From an uncultured Chthonomonadaceae bacterium (GTDB lineage: Bacteria; Armatimonadota; Chthonomonadetes; Chthonomonadales; Chthonomonadaceae), in contig CAWIEK010000039.1 in NCBI GenBank assembly GCA_963835065.1, positions 1 to 64,000 on the forward strand: a stretch of 64,000 bases of DNA, in the 5' to 3' direction. Position 1 is the first letter of the stretch. Each line of letters starts with the position of its first letter. Below the pieces are notes generated by a model, which had not been told where the DNA came from, did no database searches, and saw only the letters and a list, made by a program, of their open reading frames with translations. This document shows, in pieces, positions 37,875 to 49,100 of this stretch. The position numbers and the translations under genes were made by a program.

Positions 37875-39083
37875 ATGCTTCCAACCGCTTTCTGGGTGAT
37901 AACGCTATTTCTACTCGGTATTTGCGTCGGCAGTTTTCTGACGGCGGTCATTTATCGTCTGGGACACCCGGAACTCAGGAAGGACGGCAGGCGGTTGAGT
38001 CTGCTGGAGCCGCAGCGCTCGATGTGCCCGACGTGCAAACAGTCGCTTCATGCGATAGATTTGCTTCCCCTGGTCAGTTTTTTGATGTTCGGGCGCAAGT
38101 GCCACTATTGCCGGACGCCGATCTCGTGGCGCTACTTCGGCGTGGAACTGCTGACCGGCCTGTTGTTTGTGGCGTTGTACTACAAGTTCCCGCTGACGCC
38201 CACCGAGATGATGGGGCAAAACGCTGTCACGCTGACGGCGATGCTGCTGTTTGCCGCCACGCTGATTCCGATTTTCTTTATTGATCTGGAAACATATACC
38301 ATTCCGATTTCGCTGACGCTGCTGACAACGGTGATTCCGATTGTGCTGGATGTGTGGCAGATCGCGCATCACCGCGAGGGGTTTGCGCCGATGATGGGCT
38401 GGCTGCCGCGTTCGCTGGCCGGCTGGATTGTCGGAACTTTGATTTTTGGGTTTGTGCGCGTGATGGGCTGGCTGTATCTTCGCTACAAAACCGGCGAAGA
38501 TGGCGAAGCGATGGGGTTGGGAGACGTGTTTCTGGCACGGGGCATGGGCGCGATGTTCATGGTCACAATGCCGATTGGACTGAGCTACTGGCCGTTTCCG
38601 CTGTGGGTCATTCTTTCCTGCGTGGGCGGCATCCTTGTGTATCCTCTTTTCACCATTTTTAAGCGCCAAAACGAAAAAAATGAGGCAAAAAAGCTGGATC
38701 GGTACGGAAATGCGCCCTCGCCTGTTGAAATAAGCGGTGGCATGTCCGACAATGCTGAAGATGCGCCCAAAGGTTCGCTGTTGGAGCAACTGCGCGATGT
38801 GGCGCTGGTGCTGTTCGCGGTAGATGCGTATGAATGGACGCGGTACACGTTCCATCCCGGTTATCGCAGGCAAATCGAAGATAAAGAAGCGGAAGAAGCC
38901 GCCCGCTACGCCGAAATGACTCAGAACGCGGAAATGCAAGGCTGGACTCCTGCGGCGACAGCCATTCCGTTCGGCCCGTTTTTAGTGGTAGGCTTTCTCC
39001 TCACGATCTTTTGCGGCGAGGCCATGATTTACGCATATCTCGTCTACGCGCACCTGACGCCGGAGTTCACTCAGCCAAGCTGA
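37875..39083 (+). CDS. pilD: prepilin peptidase
   Basis: GSFL..VIYRL, RSMCPTC, KCHYC..ISWRY..VELLTG, FIDLE, MGLGD, IPFGPFL. Confidence 0.92.
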   Translation: MLPTAFWVITLFLLGICVGSFLTAVIYRLGHPELRKDGRRLSLLEPQRSMCPTCKQSLHAIDLLPLVSFLMFGRKCHYCRTPISWRYFGVELLTGLLFVALYYKFPLTPTEMMGQNAVTLTAMLLFAATLIPIFFIDLETYTIPISLTLLTTVIPIVLDVWQIAHHREGFAPMMGWLPRSLAGWIVGTLIFGFVRVMGWLYLRYKTGEDGEAMGLGDVFLARGMGAMFMVTMPIGLSYWPFPLWVILSCVGGILVYPLFTIFKRQNEKNEAKKLDRYGNAPSPVEISGGMSDNAEDAPKGSLLEQLRDVALVLFAVDAYEWTRYTFHPGYRRQIEDKEAEEAARYAEMTQNAEMQGWTPAATAIPFGPFLVVGFLLTIFCGEAMIYAYLVYAHLTPEFTQPS

Positions 39084-39094
39084 CATGGGCGGCG

Positions 39095-39120
39095 GGAACA
39101 AGCGCGGGAACGATGTCGTC
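39095..39120 (+). promoter_or_regulatory. putative ECF-sigma promoter GGAAC-N17-CGTC
   Basis: Same motif and spacing at 41456-41481. Confidence 0.55.
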
Positions 39121-39234
39121 AGACATAACGTGCGGAGTGGCGCGGCGAGGATGTGGAAGCGGTGAATTGCCCTGCCTGTGTGCCTTATCTGTTTACTGCC
39201 CGCGATTTCCACACCGGGCCAAAGGAACGGAGAC

Positions 39235-40080
39235 ATGAACCGTAAAGGTTTCACCCTGATCGAATTGCTCGTCGTGATCGCCATAATCGCCATCCTCGCC
39301 GCCATTCTGTTCCCCGTGTTCGGGCAGGTGCGCAAGAATGTGCGGCAGGGGCAGTGCATTGAACAAATGCACACGATTTATACCGCACTCAAGCTGTACA
39401 AGGAAGACAACAACCGGTATCCCGCCGCCTTGTTCGGGTTTGCCGAAGATGGCACGGACTTCTACACCGGCGGAACTGTCGGAAATCTCAGCCTGCTGCA
39501 CTACAAGCCGTTGTTCACCAAACAAAATTATCTCAAAGACAACGCGCTGTACCAGTGCCCGGTCACAAAAGACAAAAACCAGACGGATGTGACGAAAGCG
39601 TACTATCCGAACGTGATTGCGTACCCGACCAATACGGCGCTTGCCACTACAAACGTGATTTTCGATACCAATGTCCAGCACAGCATCGGGCGTGACGCGG
39701 ACGCGACATTCAGCAAATTTATCGGCCAGAGCATCTACTATTACAAGTACGACAACTACGACATTCAGCCGATGCCCAATTCGACTCTTGATGGCCCCGA
39801 TCCGAGCGGCAAGTACGAGGTTCACTACGCGCTGAACTGGTCTATCAAGCCTGCCAATCCGCTGCAGCCCGTCACCAGCGCCAACGATTTTCGCGTGTAC
39901 CCCAACCAGATGAAGTACGGCAACAAAGCCGACGAAAGCCATACCGTCGTAACCTGGTGCAACGAACACGCCCTGAATGCCTACAGCGACAAAGTCCTGG
40001 TGCTGTCCCTGAGCGGGCAAACCAAAGTCGTTGACAAGAAAACCTTCTACCAAAAAGGTCCTTTGACAATTTTGAAATGA
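39235..40080 (+). CDS. prepilin-type N-terminal cleavage/methylation protein
   Basis: MNRKG-FTLIELLVVIAIIAILAAILFPVF. Confidence 0.92.
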   Translation: MNRKGFTLIELLVVIAIIAILAAILFPVFGQVRKNVRQGQCIEQMHTIYTALKLYKEDNNRYPAALFGFAEDGTDFYTGGTVGNLSLLHYKPLFTKQNYLKDNALYQCPVTKDKNQTDVTKAYYPNVIAYPTNTALATTNVIFDTNVQHSIGRDADATFSKFIGQSIYYYKYDNYDIQPMPNSTLDGPDPSGKYEVHYALNWSIKPANPLQPVTSANDFRVYPNQMKYGNKADESHTVVTWCNEHALNAYSDKVLVLSLSGQTKVVDKKTFYQKGPLTILK

Positions 40081-40109
40081 GTGATACGACGCGGAAAGAA
40101 CACGGAACC

Positions 40110-41177
40110 ATGAAAACGCGCAACGCTTGCCGCCCAACACCCAACACCCAACACCCAACACCCAACACCGCTTTCACCCTGATCGAATTGCTCGTCGTGA
40201 TCGCCATTATCTCGATTCTCGCCGCTATTCTCTTCCCGGTCTTCGCGAAGGTGCGCGAATCAACGCGGCAGGGCAGCGCCATGAGCAACATGCATGCCGT
40301 CTATCTGGGCGCGAGGCTGTTTTACGAGGATGAAGGCCGCTATCCCACGTCGCTGTTTGGTTACGCGGAAGTGCCTGTTGTCAACGCGACCTACGACCCC
40401 AACAAGCCTACTGCCGCGCCCGCCCGACCCGGCGATACTAACATCACGCCCATGAGTCAGGCTACGGGCAATTATTACACCGACGCGCTCAGTACGGGAC
40501 GCGGCCTCAATCACGGCTATCTGTACGGCGAGCAGGTGAAAGACTTCGAGACGTTTCTTGACTCAGATAACCTTGTCGGCAAGCAGCAGAACGGGCAGAC
40601 GCAGGTAACAGCTGTTGTCTATCCCAAGACACTGCCGACGCTGAAAGATGGCACGTCGCTGGCAGGCCTGAACGTCGTGTGGACGCAGCGCAGTACGGGC
40701 GGAACCGGCTGCCCGGTATCCGGCGACACTGATTATCCGACCAACCCGAACGATAACACCGACTTGTCCTACTACAACAACCAGTCAAAACTGTTCTACA
40801 AGATGGACAGCATGGACATCGGCCCGGCTATAGACTTCGACGCGAGCGGCAATGCGATTGTCCGCAAAGACGGCAGTGGCAACACGGTGTATGAACTGCA
40901 CTACTCGCCCGACTGGACCAAAGAGCGCTACGATGGCAAGGGCTGTGACGCAGTAGCGGACGGCACTCCAAACGGCAAGCCGATTGTGTCACAGTTGAAG
41001 TACAAAAGCCCGCCCACCGAGCGCACGATTCTTACGTACAACACCGACCACGTCGCCACCGCCGGAAGTTCAAACGTGCTGATCCTGCTGATGTCAGGCA
41101 CAGCCCGCACCATGGACGTCAAGCAAGCCCTGAAACCGGCTGCCAATGCCATCACGCTGCCGCTGAATTATAAATAG
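40110..41177 (+). CDS. prepilin-type protein, paralogue of the preceding gene (alternative start 40077)
   Basis: A-FTLIELLVVIAIISILAAILFPVF; shares RYP..LFG.AE and YE.HY..W with its neighbour. Confidence 0.92.
   Translation: MKTRNACRPTPNTQHPTPNTAFTLIELLVVIAIISILAAILFPVFAKVRESTRQGSAMSNMHAVYLGARLFYEDEGRYPTSLFGYAEVPVVNATYDPNKPTAAPARPGDTNITPMSQATGNYYTDALSTGRGLNHGYLYGEQVKDFETFLDSDNLVGKQQNGQTQVTAVVYPKTLPTLKDGTSLAGLNVVWTQRSTGGTGCPVSGDTDYPTNPNDNTDLSYYNNQSKLFYKMDSMDIGPAIDFDASGNAIVRKDGSGNTVYELHYSPDWTKERYDGKGCDAVADGTPNGKPIVSQLKYKSPPTERTILTYNTDHVATAGSSNVLILLMSGTARTMDVKQALKPAANAITLPLNYK
40133..40169 (+). repeat. (CCCAACA)5 inside a prepilin leader peptide
   Basis: Encodes PTPNTQHPTPNT immediately before A-FTLIE. 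Confidence 0.95.
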
Positions 41178-41302
41178 GGTATTCAGGTATTCAGGTGTTC
41201 GGGTGTTCAGGAAATGCAAAAGCAAAGATGTTGTTTTCGCGCAACAAGTTCGCAGCCTAACACCTGAATACTTGAATACCCGAACACCTGAACACCTGAA
41301 TA
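41177..41302. repeat. octamer-arm palindrome (RGGTRTTC)4 ... (GAAYACYY)4-5
   Basis: Begins in the TAG of the prepilin gene; arms 41177-41211 and 41256-41302. Confidence 0.9.
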
Positions 41303-41311
41303 TGTAACCGG

Positions 41312-41352
41312 GCGGGGAAGTCACGCGAACAGGCAATACTTCCCCGCTTCTT
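41312..41352 (+). terminator. possible intrinsic terminator
   Basis: gcggggaagt ... acttccccgc followed by ttctt. Confidence 0.5.
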
Positions 41353-41404
41353 ATCTGTGTTCCCATCAGGTATTGGGGATTAGACACTGCATACACGAGT
41401 TAAG

Positions 41405-41437
41405 CCGAACACCTGAATACCTGAACACCTGAACACC
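41405..41437. repeat. octamer arm (GAAYACCT)4 with decayed left partner
   Basis: ccgaacacctgaatacctgaacacctgaacacc. Confidence 0.8.
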
Positions 41438-41455
41438 GCATTTGGATTGTCCGTC

Positions 41456-41481
41456 GGAACAAGCGTCACCGGGAAGTCGTC
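41456..41481 (+). promoter_or_regulatory. putative ECF-sigma promoter GGAAC-N17-CGTC
   Basis: GGAACAAGCG.....GTCGTC, matching 39095-39120. Confidence 0.55.
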
Positions 41482-41545
41482 GTAAGTAGGGTAACGCGCT
41501 CTTGCATTGCTGCCATCGTCGGCAGTCTCCACGCTTAGGGAAACC

Positions 41546-43690
41546 ATGAACTCAGGAACATATCATAATCGTCGTCCCGTGATTTCGATGCGCAGGCTTC
41601 GCGCTTTTTCACTGCTCGAAATTCTGGTCGTGATGGTCGTTTTGCTGATCGGCATCCTTGCCGTCGTGCGCCTGTTTCCCGGCGGCTTTCTGGCGATTCA
41701 GCGCACAGGAGAACAAACGACGGGAACGCAGCTCGCCGAGCAGCAGTTGGATTTACTGCGCAGCCTGCCCGTTCTGCCGGACTACATCGTGCCCGGCCTC
41801 CCCGACAGCAATGGCGGAATTCATGAGATTTCCAACATTCGCCCGGACGATTTGACGGAAGCGACGGATCAGGACGTGTCGCAACTGGCGACTGCGAACG
41901 GGTTCACCATCTTTCCCAACTATCCCGGCTACTACTTCTCCAATATAAATCGCTTCGGCTACATCAAAGGCGAAACTTTTTATATTCCCGTGTCCAATCC
42001 CAACATTGTGGATGGCAGCAACAAGCCCTATGGCTCTATTGCTCTGCTTCAACTCGGCCCCGTGTTCAACTACTTTAATACGAGCGGCGGTCAGACGACG
42101 GACAGCCTTCACGTGTATGGCGCGGCATTGACGCGGACGCTGCAAAGCGCGGTCGCCAGCACGGATCGCCCCGATGCCCGCGCCCTGCTGCGCAACGAGG
42201 CCGAGTACGCGATTGATTATGACAATCACATCATCGCCTTCTTCCCCCGCGTTGCCCAACCCGGCATGATAAAGTCGCGCGAGTTCCAGATTACCTTTGA
42301 TTACTACGACACGAGCGCCAACCCGCCCACGCTGAAAACGCAAACGGGTAAAATCGTCGTGCAGGACATAGACCCCACAACCGTTGTTGCGGGCGTGTTG
42401 CCCCAACCCGTGTGGCAGGACATTTTCAGCGCCACGAACCCGGCTCCCACCAACGCCAAAGACGAGTTCAACATCCGCCACGAAAGCGACGATGTGAGCC
42501 GCGCCTTCAAGTTGATTACGACGGACTACAACGGCGGAACGAAGCAGACGTTTGAGGACGCAACTGCCGGACCGGGCTGGTCGGACGATGCGTATGAATA
42601 TGCCTGGTTCTCCGGGCAGCAAACAGGGGATTCCAATGATGGCGTACTCGTGTTCAACCCGAAAGCGCATGTCTCCATTCTTGCGGACGACAGTTCCGAT
42701 CCGCTGACGCAGGCGCAGGGCCAATCGTTTACCAACAATCTCGGACTGGTGGCGCGGGTGGATTACCTGACCTACGACAACCATATTCTGCGCGACCAGC
42801 GTACGGTTCCCTCAAGCGCGCCGTATACCATTAAATTGTCCGTGCCCAACCTGCTGACGTACAATGACATTCTGGACGATGGCTCCACGTATACCGGCCT
42901 GTTCAATGTCGCGGCGGGAACCGTGCAGCCCGACATTATTGTTGTCAACGCCAACGACGGAACGGAAGTGGCCGAGTACACCAACAACCCCTCCGCAGGC
43001 AGCAATCCTACGGTTGTGCGCGGCAATTATGATGAAGCCAACCATGTCCGCATCAGCGTTGACACCGTAGCGGGAACCATCACGCTTGCGGCGACGGCGC
43101 AGCCGGGGGATACCAACTTGAAGGGCGTGGAAGACCTGAACCTGCAGGGCAAATCCCTGCGCGTCTACTACCGAACGCAGAAAAACTGGGGTATGCAGCT
43201 GCAAAAGGCCAGCAGCGTGTACACGGCCACCACAAACCCCGACACGCTGGACTACAAAACGTTCTTCATCGGCCAGGGCGGCACGAACGGCTTTGCCACG
43301 CGCCTGTATTTCGCGCCCTCGGAAGCCGGCAAGACCGTCAGCCTGAGCGAGTTCTATCTGAAAACAGCGAGCGGCACTATTTACAGCCCGTTCAAGAACG
43401 CGACGTTCAAAATTCAGGACGCCCCCTTACAATTCGAATCGTTGGGCACGAAAGGCATCCTGTATCCCTGGATTGACGTGAGGGACAGTTTTCCGAACGC
43501 GGACGCAGAACACGTTCCGCAGGGTGGCGCAAGCGGCGATGCGATTACCGGGTTTACCGCCGCCCCAACTGGACGCGCCGTAAGCCAGGTGCGCGGCCTG
43601 TCCGTGAAATCCCGCGTGATCTGGAAAGACCGCAACAATTTCCGCCGCATAGACCAGGACAGCGTTCTGACTACCGACCGTTTACAATAA
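41546..43690 (+). CDS. giant PilV-like minor prepilin (~715 aa)
   Basis: RRLRA-FSLLEILVVMVVLLIGILAVVRLFP. Confidence 0.85.
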   Translation: MNSGTYHNRRPVISMRRLRAFSLLEILVVMVVLLIGILAVVRLFPGGFLAIQRTGEQTTGTQLAEQQLDLLRSLPVLPDYIVPGLPDSNGGIHEISNIRPDDLTEATDQDVSQLATANGFTIFPNYPGYYFSNINRFGYIKGETFYIPVSNPNIVDGSNKPYGSIALLQLGPVFNYFNTSGGQTTDSLHVYGAALTRTLQSAVASTDRPDARALLRNEAEYAIDYDNHIIAFFPRVAQPGMIKSREFQITFDYYDTSANPPTLKTQTGKIVVQDIDPTTVVAGVLPQPVWQDIFSATNPAPTNAKDEFNIRHESDDVSRAFKLITTDYNGGTKQTFEDATAGPGWSDDAYEYAWFSGQQTGDSNDGVLVFNPKAHVSILADDSSDPLTQAQGQSFTNNLGLVARVDYLTYDNHILRDQRTVPSSAPYTIKLSVPNLLTYNDILDDGSTYTGLFNVAAGTVQPDIIVVNANDGTEVAEYTNNPSAGSNPTVVRGNYDEANHVRISVDTVAGTITLAATAQPGDTNLKGVEDLNLQGKSLRVYYRTQKNWGMQLQKASSVYTATTNPDTLDYKTFFIGQGGTNGFATRLYFAPSEAGKTVSLSEFYLKTASGTIYSPFKNATFKIQDAPLQFESLGTKGILYPWIDVRDSFPNADAEHVPQGGASGDAITGFTAAPTGRAVSQVRGLSVKSRVIWKDRNNFRRIDQDSVLTTDRLQ

Positions 43691-43717
43691 CCTGCCTTTA
43701 CCGAGATATTCAACGCC

Positions 43718-46030
43718 ATGACAGCAACGAAGCCAACCATATATAGGGAACAGGGAACAGGGAACAGGGAACAGAAAATACCCAATACCCAACGCTCAAC
43801 ACCCAACACCCGACACCACGCCTTCACCTTGATCGAACTTCTCGTCGTGATCGCGCTGACGGCGATTCTGCTGACGCTGGTGTTCGCGCCGCTTGTCACC
43901 ACGCTGAACCTGACGAGCCGGGCGGGAACACAGATCGAGGCGCAGACAAACGCGCGCGACGTAATGCGCCAACTGGAAGCGGAATTGGGCGGCCCGGTCT
44001 TTGTGTACGACAACGTGCTGCAGGGGCCGGCCAGTCAGGGCGGCAAATTGGGCGACCCGGACGGGCGCGTCAACCTGTGGATGTACAAGCGCAATGGAAC
44101 CAATCCCATTGGCGGCGCTCCCGTTGTGATTCCCATTCGGTTCGGCATGATAGAATATGTCGCGCCGGCCAGCCAGTCGGAAAACAGCGCGAATACGACG
44201 CTTGATCCCACGACAGGCAGGCCGGATGTGGGAACCGGTTCACCGGGAAACGTTTCTTTGCCTCTGGTGCGCGGACGAGAAATAGTGCGCATATTTCAGG
44301 GACTGCAAAATAACACTTCCGGGACAACAGGCTTAACGCAGGACGGGGTTACGCTGTCCGGTATGCCTGTAGACGCGAAAGGCAATTTTCACGGCTACGC
44401 CAACCGCTTCGACGACGCGGCGGATGTGACCGCTTCCCAGGACAACCGCACCACGCTGTACCGGGCCGAAGTTCAGCCCTACATTCCCGACCCGACCGCG
44501 CCTGCGAACACAACGCGCTATGTCGCCAACATCGCCCTGTTCCATACCTTCAATGCGCAGGGAACGCGGGGAACCGACCCGACCGGAACCCTGATTATGG
44601 ACGAACCCAACTTCTTCTATGACACCACCCCGATTCCTGCCGCATACGTACGATTAGGCGCTCCGGGCGTGGATATTGCCGGACGCGCGACCGTTCCCAT
44701 GTGGGAGTGCTGGAAGGCCGTGTCGCAGCCCCTGCTGCCCCTAACCAAAGGCGATGTTGTGGAATTGCAGCGTGATAACCGCAACCAAATCGTATACGAT
44801 GCCAATGATGTGCCGATTGTGCGTCCGTTGATTACGTTCACGCCGCAGTACGTGGAAAACGATCCGGGCGTCCCGGCCAGCGTGGAAGCGTCCGCTTCGG
44901 AAACTCCTTTTACCGCCGCCACAACGTACCGTTCGCAGTATGGCGCGTGGGCGCGTCCGTTCCGCGTGATCGTGTACCGCTCGCCGGACGGAATTCAGGA
45001 CCCGCTTGGCTATCAGGACGCGGGCGGCAAACCGCTTTATTATGAAATGGATGACGTGAGTACGGGCATCGGCTTTCAGGGGCCGAGCGCGAATCTGGCG
45101 TCCAGCGTCGGGCCGCAGCTCAACCCGGATGGCTCGTGGAAAACGAATACGACGCCGCAGTTCGCCTTTACGCCGGATTATGACAAGGGCACGATTAATT
45201 TCGCGTTCCCGCACACCGTCTATGATCGCCTGAGCGACGGTTCGCCCGTGCCGATGTACTACAATCCGAATACCATCAACAGCCAGATAGACATTCTGGC
45301 GAACGGCGAACCCCTTACCGGACGTCGTTACCTGTGGCTGCGCTACTTCGACCCAACGGCGCAAATCGGCGGCACGGCAGCCAACCCGACAACGGCCATA
45401 TCGCCGCTCGACAAATTCTATGTGGCGCTGGATGATCCGCCGCAAACACCGGCCAAAAATCAGCCCAAAGTACGCATCGTGCCGGGCAGTGAGCGCGTGT
45501 TCGGGCCGGATCAGCTTCCGGGAGCGCACTACGGCTACCGAACGCAGTACACCCGCGTGTCGGCCAATGCCGGTCAGATCGGGCAAAACCAGTACAAAAT
45601 CCTGTACGAGAACGCCGCCAACTCGAACTATGTCAACGACATCAACGACCCGCGCGTACAAACCGGCTATATCGAATTCGACAGCCTGCCCGACAAAGAC
45701 CCCGGCGCATTGCCCAACATCGGTTCCGTAAACCTGGATGCAACGGTGGAAAACCCGTCGCAGGCGGCAGGCAGTCTGCCCGTATATCGCCCGCACAGCC
45801 TGCCCCTGCTGAAGTACGTTGCGGCAACCGGCCAGACCGTGCCCGCCGACCCGATTGAAGTGTCGTACAGCTTCCAGATGAACCGTCCAAGCGACGTGGT
45901 GAAAATAGACTACCTGACGCGCAGCATCATGAACGTCAACATGGAAATGCGCCTGTACGATCCGCGCTCCGCCCGCCCGCAAACCACGCAATTGACCAGC
46001 AAGGTTTCGGTACGGAACCTTCAGCGCTGA
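43718..46030 (+). CDS. giant PilW-like minor prepilin (770 aa)
   Basis: HA-FTLIELLVVIALTAILL..Q.NAR..M..L..EL; C-terminus LTSKVSVRN. Confidence 0.85.
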   Translation: MTATKPTIYREQGTGNREQKIPNTQRSTPNTRHHAFTLIELLVVIALTAILLTLVFAPLVTTLNLTSRAGTQIEAQTNARDVMRQLEAELGGPVFVYDNVLQGPASQGGKLGDPDGRVNLWMYKRNGTNPIGGAPVVIPIRFGMIEYVAPASQSENSANTTLDPTTGRPDVGTGSPGNVSLPLVRGREIVRIFQGLQNNTSGTTGLTQDGVTLSGMPVDAKGNFHGYANRFDDAADVTASQDNRTTLYRAEVQPYIPDPTAPANTTRYVANIALFHTFNAQGTRGTDPTGTLIMDEPNFFYDTTPIPAAYVRLGAPGVDIAGRATVPMWECWKAVSQPLLPLTKGDVVELQRDNRNQIVYDANDVPIVRPLITFTPQYVENDPGVPASVEASASETPFTAATTYRSQYGAWARPFRVIVYRSPDGIQDPLGYQDAGGKPLYYEMDDVSTGIGFQGPSANLASSVGPQLNPDGSWKTNTTPQFAFTPDYDKGTINFAFPHTVYDRLSDGSPVPMYYNPNTINSQIDILANGEPLTGRRYLWLRYFDPTAQIGGTAANPTTAISPLDKFYVALDDPPQTPAKNQPKVRIVPGSERVFGPDQLPGAHYGYRTQYTRVSANAGQIGQNQYKILYENAANSNYVNDINDPRVQTGYIEFDSLPDKDPGALPNIGSVNLDATVENPSQAAGSLPVYRPHSLPLLKYVAATGQTVPADPIEVSYSFQMNRPSDVVKIDYLTRSIMNVNMEMRLYDPRSARPQTTQLTSKVSVRNLQR
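43745..43817 (+). repeat. chimeric heptamer cassette (AGGGAAC)4 + (CCCAACA-like)5 in a prepilin leader
   Basis: Encodes REQGTGNREQKIPNTQRSTPNTRH before A-FTLIE. Confidence 0.9.
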
Positions 46031-46047
46031 AATAGCATCTAAGTAAG

Positions 46048-46174
46048 AAGGCATTAGGCATTAGATATTAGGCATTAGGGACTAGGAACACTCCTCAAAT
46101 CCTGCTTCCCACAGTCAATGCAAACATCAACGAGCGCATTTCCCTAATGCCTAATGCCTAATATCTAATGCCTT
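46048..46174. repeat. heptamer-arm palindrome (GGCATTA)4 ... (TAATGCC)4
   Basis: Arms 46048-46081 and 46141-46174, each with one GATATTA/TAATATC variant. Confidence 0.95.
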
Positions 46175-46192
46175 TCCTGGAGCATCGTTCCT

Positions 46193-49100
46193 ATGTCCGA
46201 GCAAACCCGGCAGGTCTGCGCGTCGCGCAAATCCCGTATTCGCCGTGCATCGCGCCCAATCCGGCCAAACGCTGGTTGTGGCGCTGGCCGTGCTGTTTAT
46301 TCTGCTGTTCCTCGGCGGCACGTTTGTCGCGCGCGTGGCCCGCAACCTGACCAACTCGCGGCGGGCGGGGGATACGTCCGACGCGCTTGCGCTGGCGCAG
46401 GCCGGACTGAAATACTGCGACTCCGAATTGACCGGCAGCGCGGACGGCGCGGACTGGCGGCCTGTTCCGAGCGCCCCCATCGGCCCCAATAACGGCGTCA
46501 ACGATCCCGATTACTTCTGGCTGGAAAAAGGCTTTACGCGCCTGAACCTCAAGGGCGGACGCGCGCTCGTGCGCGTTTCCTACGATCCCGATCCCTTCAA
46601 CCCAGTCGGGCAGGCCATTAAAATCGAAAGCATCGGGCGTACGGGCGAACTCGATCCCAATGACCCGACCGTGTTTGTGCAAAATCAAGTCTCGCCGCGC
46701 CTGCGCCGCGAACTGATCGCTTACAAGCGGCTGGGCATCACGGACTACCTGCGCTTCATTACCGATAAAGACAAGAACAACCATAACAACTATCTGGGCG
46801 TTCCGGCTATCGGCCACTATTTCCCGATGGTGTTCGGCAACCCGATGCTGGCGATGGCTTCCTATTATAATGGCGTGAGCGGCAACGAAACTCTGTACGG
46901 CGGGCCGGTTTACTGCAACTCCAACCTGACCATCATGGGCGACACGCTGTTTTATGAGGGGTCGCGGGGCGTGTACGATCCGTATACTGCTGGTTCCGGC
47001 GACGCGGCGCGCGTTCAGGAAGGCATTTTCGCGGCAGGCGTGATTACGGCCAACCAATCATCAACGGCTTCGCCCACCGCCACGCGCTTCGATAACGCGG
47101 GACTTCCCATCAATCAGGCGTTTATCAACGTAGACCCGACTGACCTTGACCGCGCCTGCCACTGTGAACAACATGCCCTACGGCGGTCCGATTACCCCGA
47201 CCCTGACGGCAGCGGGCGCTCCGAACGCGAATTATGAAACCTATATTCAGCGGGTGCGCGACAACAGCCCCGATCCCGACCGCTCCGGCAATCCCCGCGG
47301 CGTGTCCCGCCTGACGCCGCCCTCCATTGACACCAATCTCAACGGCACGGGCAGCCTGCGCGTCCGCCGCATTGCGCAGGAGTCGGGCATCTGGATCAGT
47401 CCAGAACTTCAACACGGGTATGCACGGGTGGGGAACCAGCATCTACGTGGACAACAACGCCGACTTGCAGCAGGAAACCCAACTGCCGGGCGTCAATGGC
47501 GGCTTTTCCCTGCCCGCCGACTGGACCAATCCCAACGCCGGATTTGCGCAAAGTTCGTGGCAAGGCCCGTACTATCGCCCGCCCGGAGTCCTCGTGGAAC
47601 TGCTCGGCGACCGGATGCGGATTACCCGCACGGACGGCAAATCGTTTTATGGCTCGGATGGGACGCCCAACGCGCAAAACGGCGGCTCCACAATCGAAAT
47701 TCCGTTTTCGGATGTTGATCGCGATAATCTGCCGACGATGGCCGGACAACCACCGTTGCAGCACTTCCCGCGCGATGGCGACGAGCCGTACACGGGAACC
47801 GACCCGCGCAACAGCAGCAAGTTCAGCATTGATCCGGGTTCCTACGGCGTCAACATCCTGCTGTTTGCCGAAGGCAACATCCGCGTCAAGGGCGTGTACG
47901 GAACCCTGACCGATACCACCAAGCCTTCGCCCAAACTGAGCCGCGTTCACCTGACACTGGTTACGGGCGGCAGCGCGTATATCGAAGGCAACCTGGTCAA
48001 GGGCGATGGAACCGTGAGCGGAGCGGGCGGAGCCGTGCAGCTTCAGCGCAACTCGACGTGCCAGATAATCGCCAAAGATTATGTGTGCGTGAACACGTCT
48101 ATGTTTATGCAGCCGCAAAACCAGACAAACGTGTGGAACCGCCTGACGCCGGACGTGGACGCTTTCGCAACCGAAATCGGCCTGCCCCGCGTGTCCTACG
48201 ACACGGCTTTTAACAATGGCGTGTTCCCGAACAGCTACACCAGCGCCAGCGCGGGGAGCGCGGTTCCGCAGATGCTGATGATGCGACAGGCCGCGCTTGC
48301 GCCCGGACCCACAGCCGTAAACCTGTTCGTCAACCCGGCTGCCGACAATGGCGCGGGCAATACCCTGTTCAACTGGCCGCAGTACGGCATCAGTTACCCG
48401 CTCGGCACGCGGCCCGACCCGAACACCAACCTGATCATACCGGACCCGTCTTCCGTGACGCCGTACTTTGAGCAGAAAACGTTCGTGTTCGATCCTAACA
48501 CGACTGCGCCGACGTACAATGTGTATCCCGGCTACGACAACCTGCTGCGCTTGCAGGTGGATCAAACGGCGGCGGCATCGCAGGTCAACATCGCGCAGGG
48601 GCCGCTGCAAAGTTATCTGCTCGGCGGTATCATGGTATCGCCCTTAGACATTCGCATCGAAGCGGCCTTGTACGCGCAGGACAAATCGTTCTTCATCATT
48701 CCGGGTTACTCGTTCAACCCGGACCCGAACGATACCCGCGCCCATTTCCTTGCGACTAGCAGCGCGCCCGCCGCCGGGGATGGCAACCGCGTATCGTTCA
48801 GCCCGCTGGATGTTCAGGCGGATCGGGACGCCAAAAACAGGTTCCCGTACCACAATGAGCCGCTGGATGTGCGGATTACGTTTCAGGGCGCGATTGCCGA
48901 AAGTTATACGGCAAGTCTGGGCGCGCAGGCCGCGTGGCTGAAGCAATGGGGTTATACGCCCGCCAAATACGGCTCGTTTAACGCGGCCAATGCCATGAAT
49001 ACTGAGATCCCGGACGATCACCTGATGGCGCGCGACCCGGCCCCCAATGGAACCCTGCCGGTCGGGTATGTGGCGGGCGATCCGGGCAATCTGGATTTCC

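Noticed and set aside
39140..39230. c-di-GMP riboswitch in the pilin or pilT leaders
   Set aside because: Hairpins exist but I could not find class I or II consensus motifs; an Infernal search would be needed.
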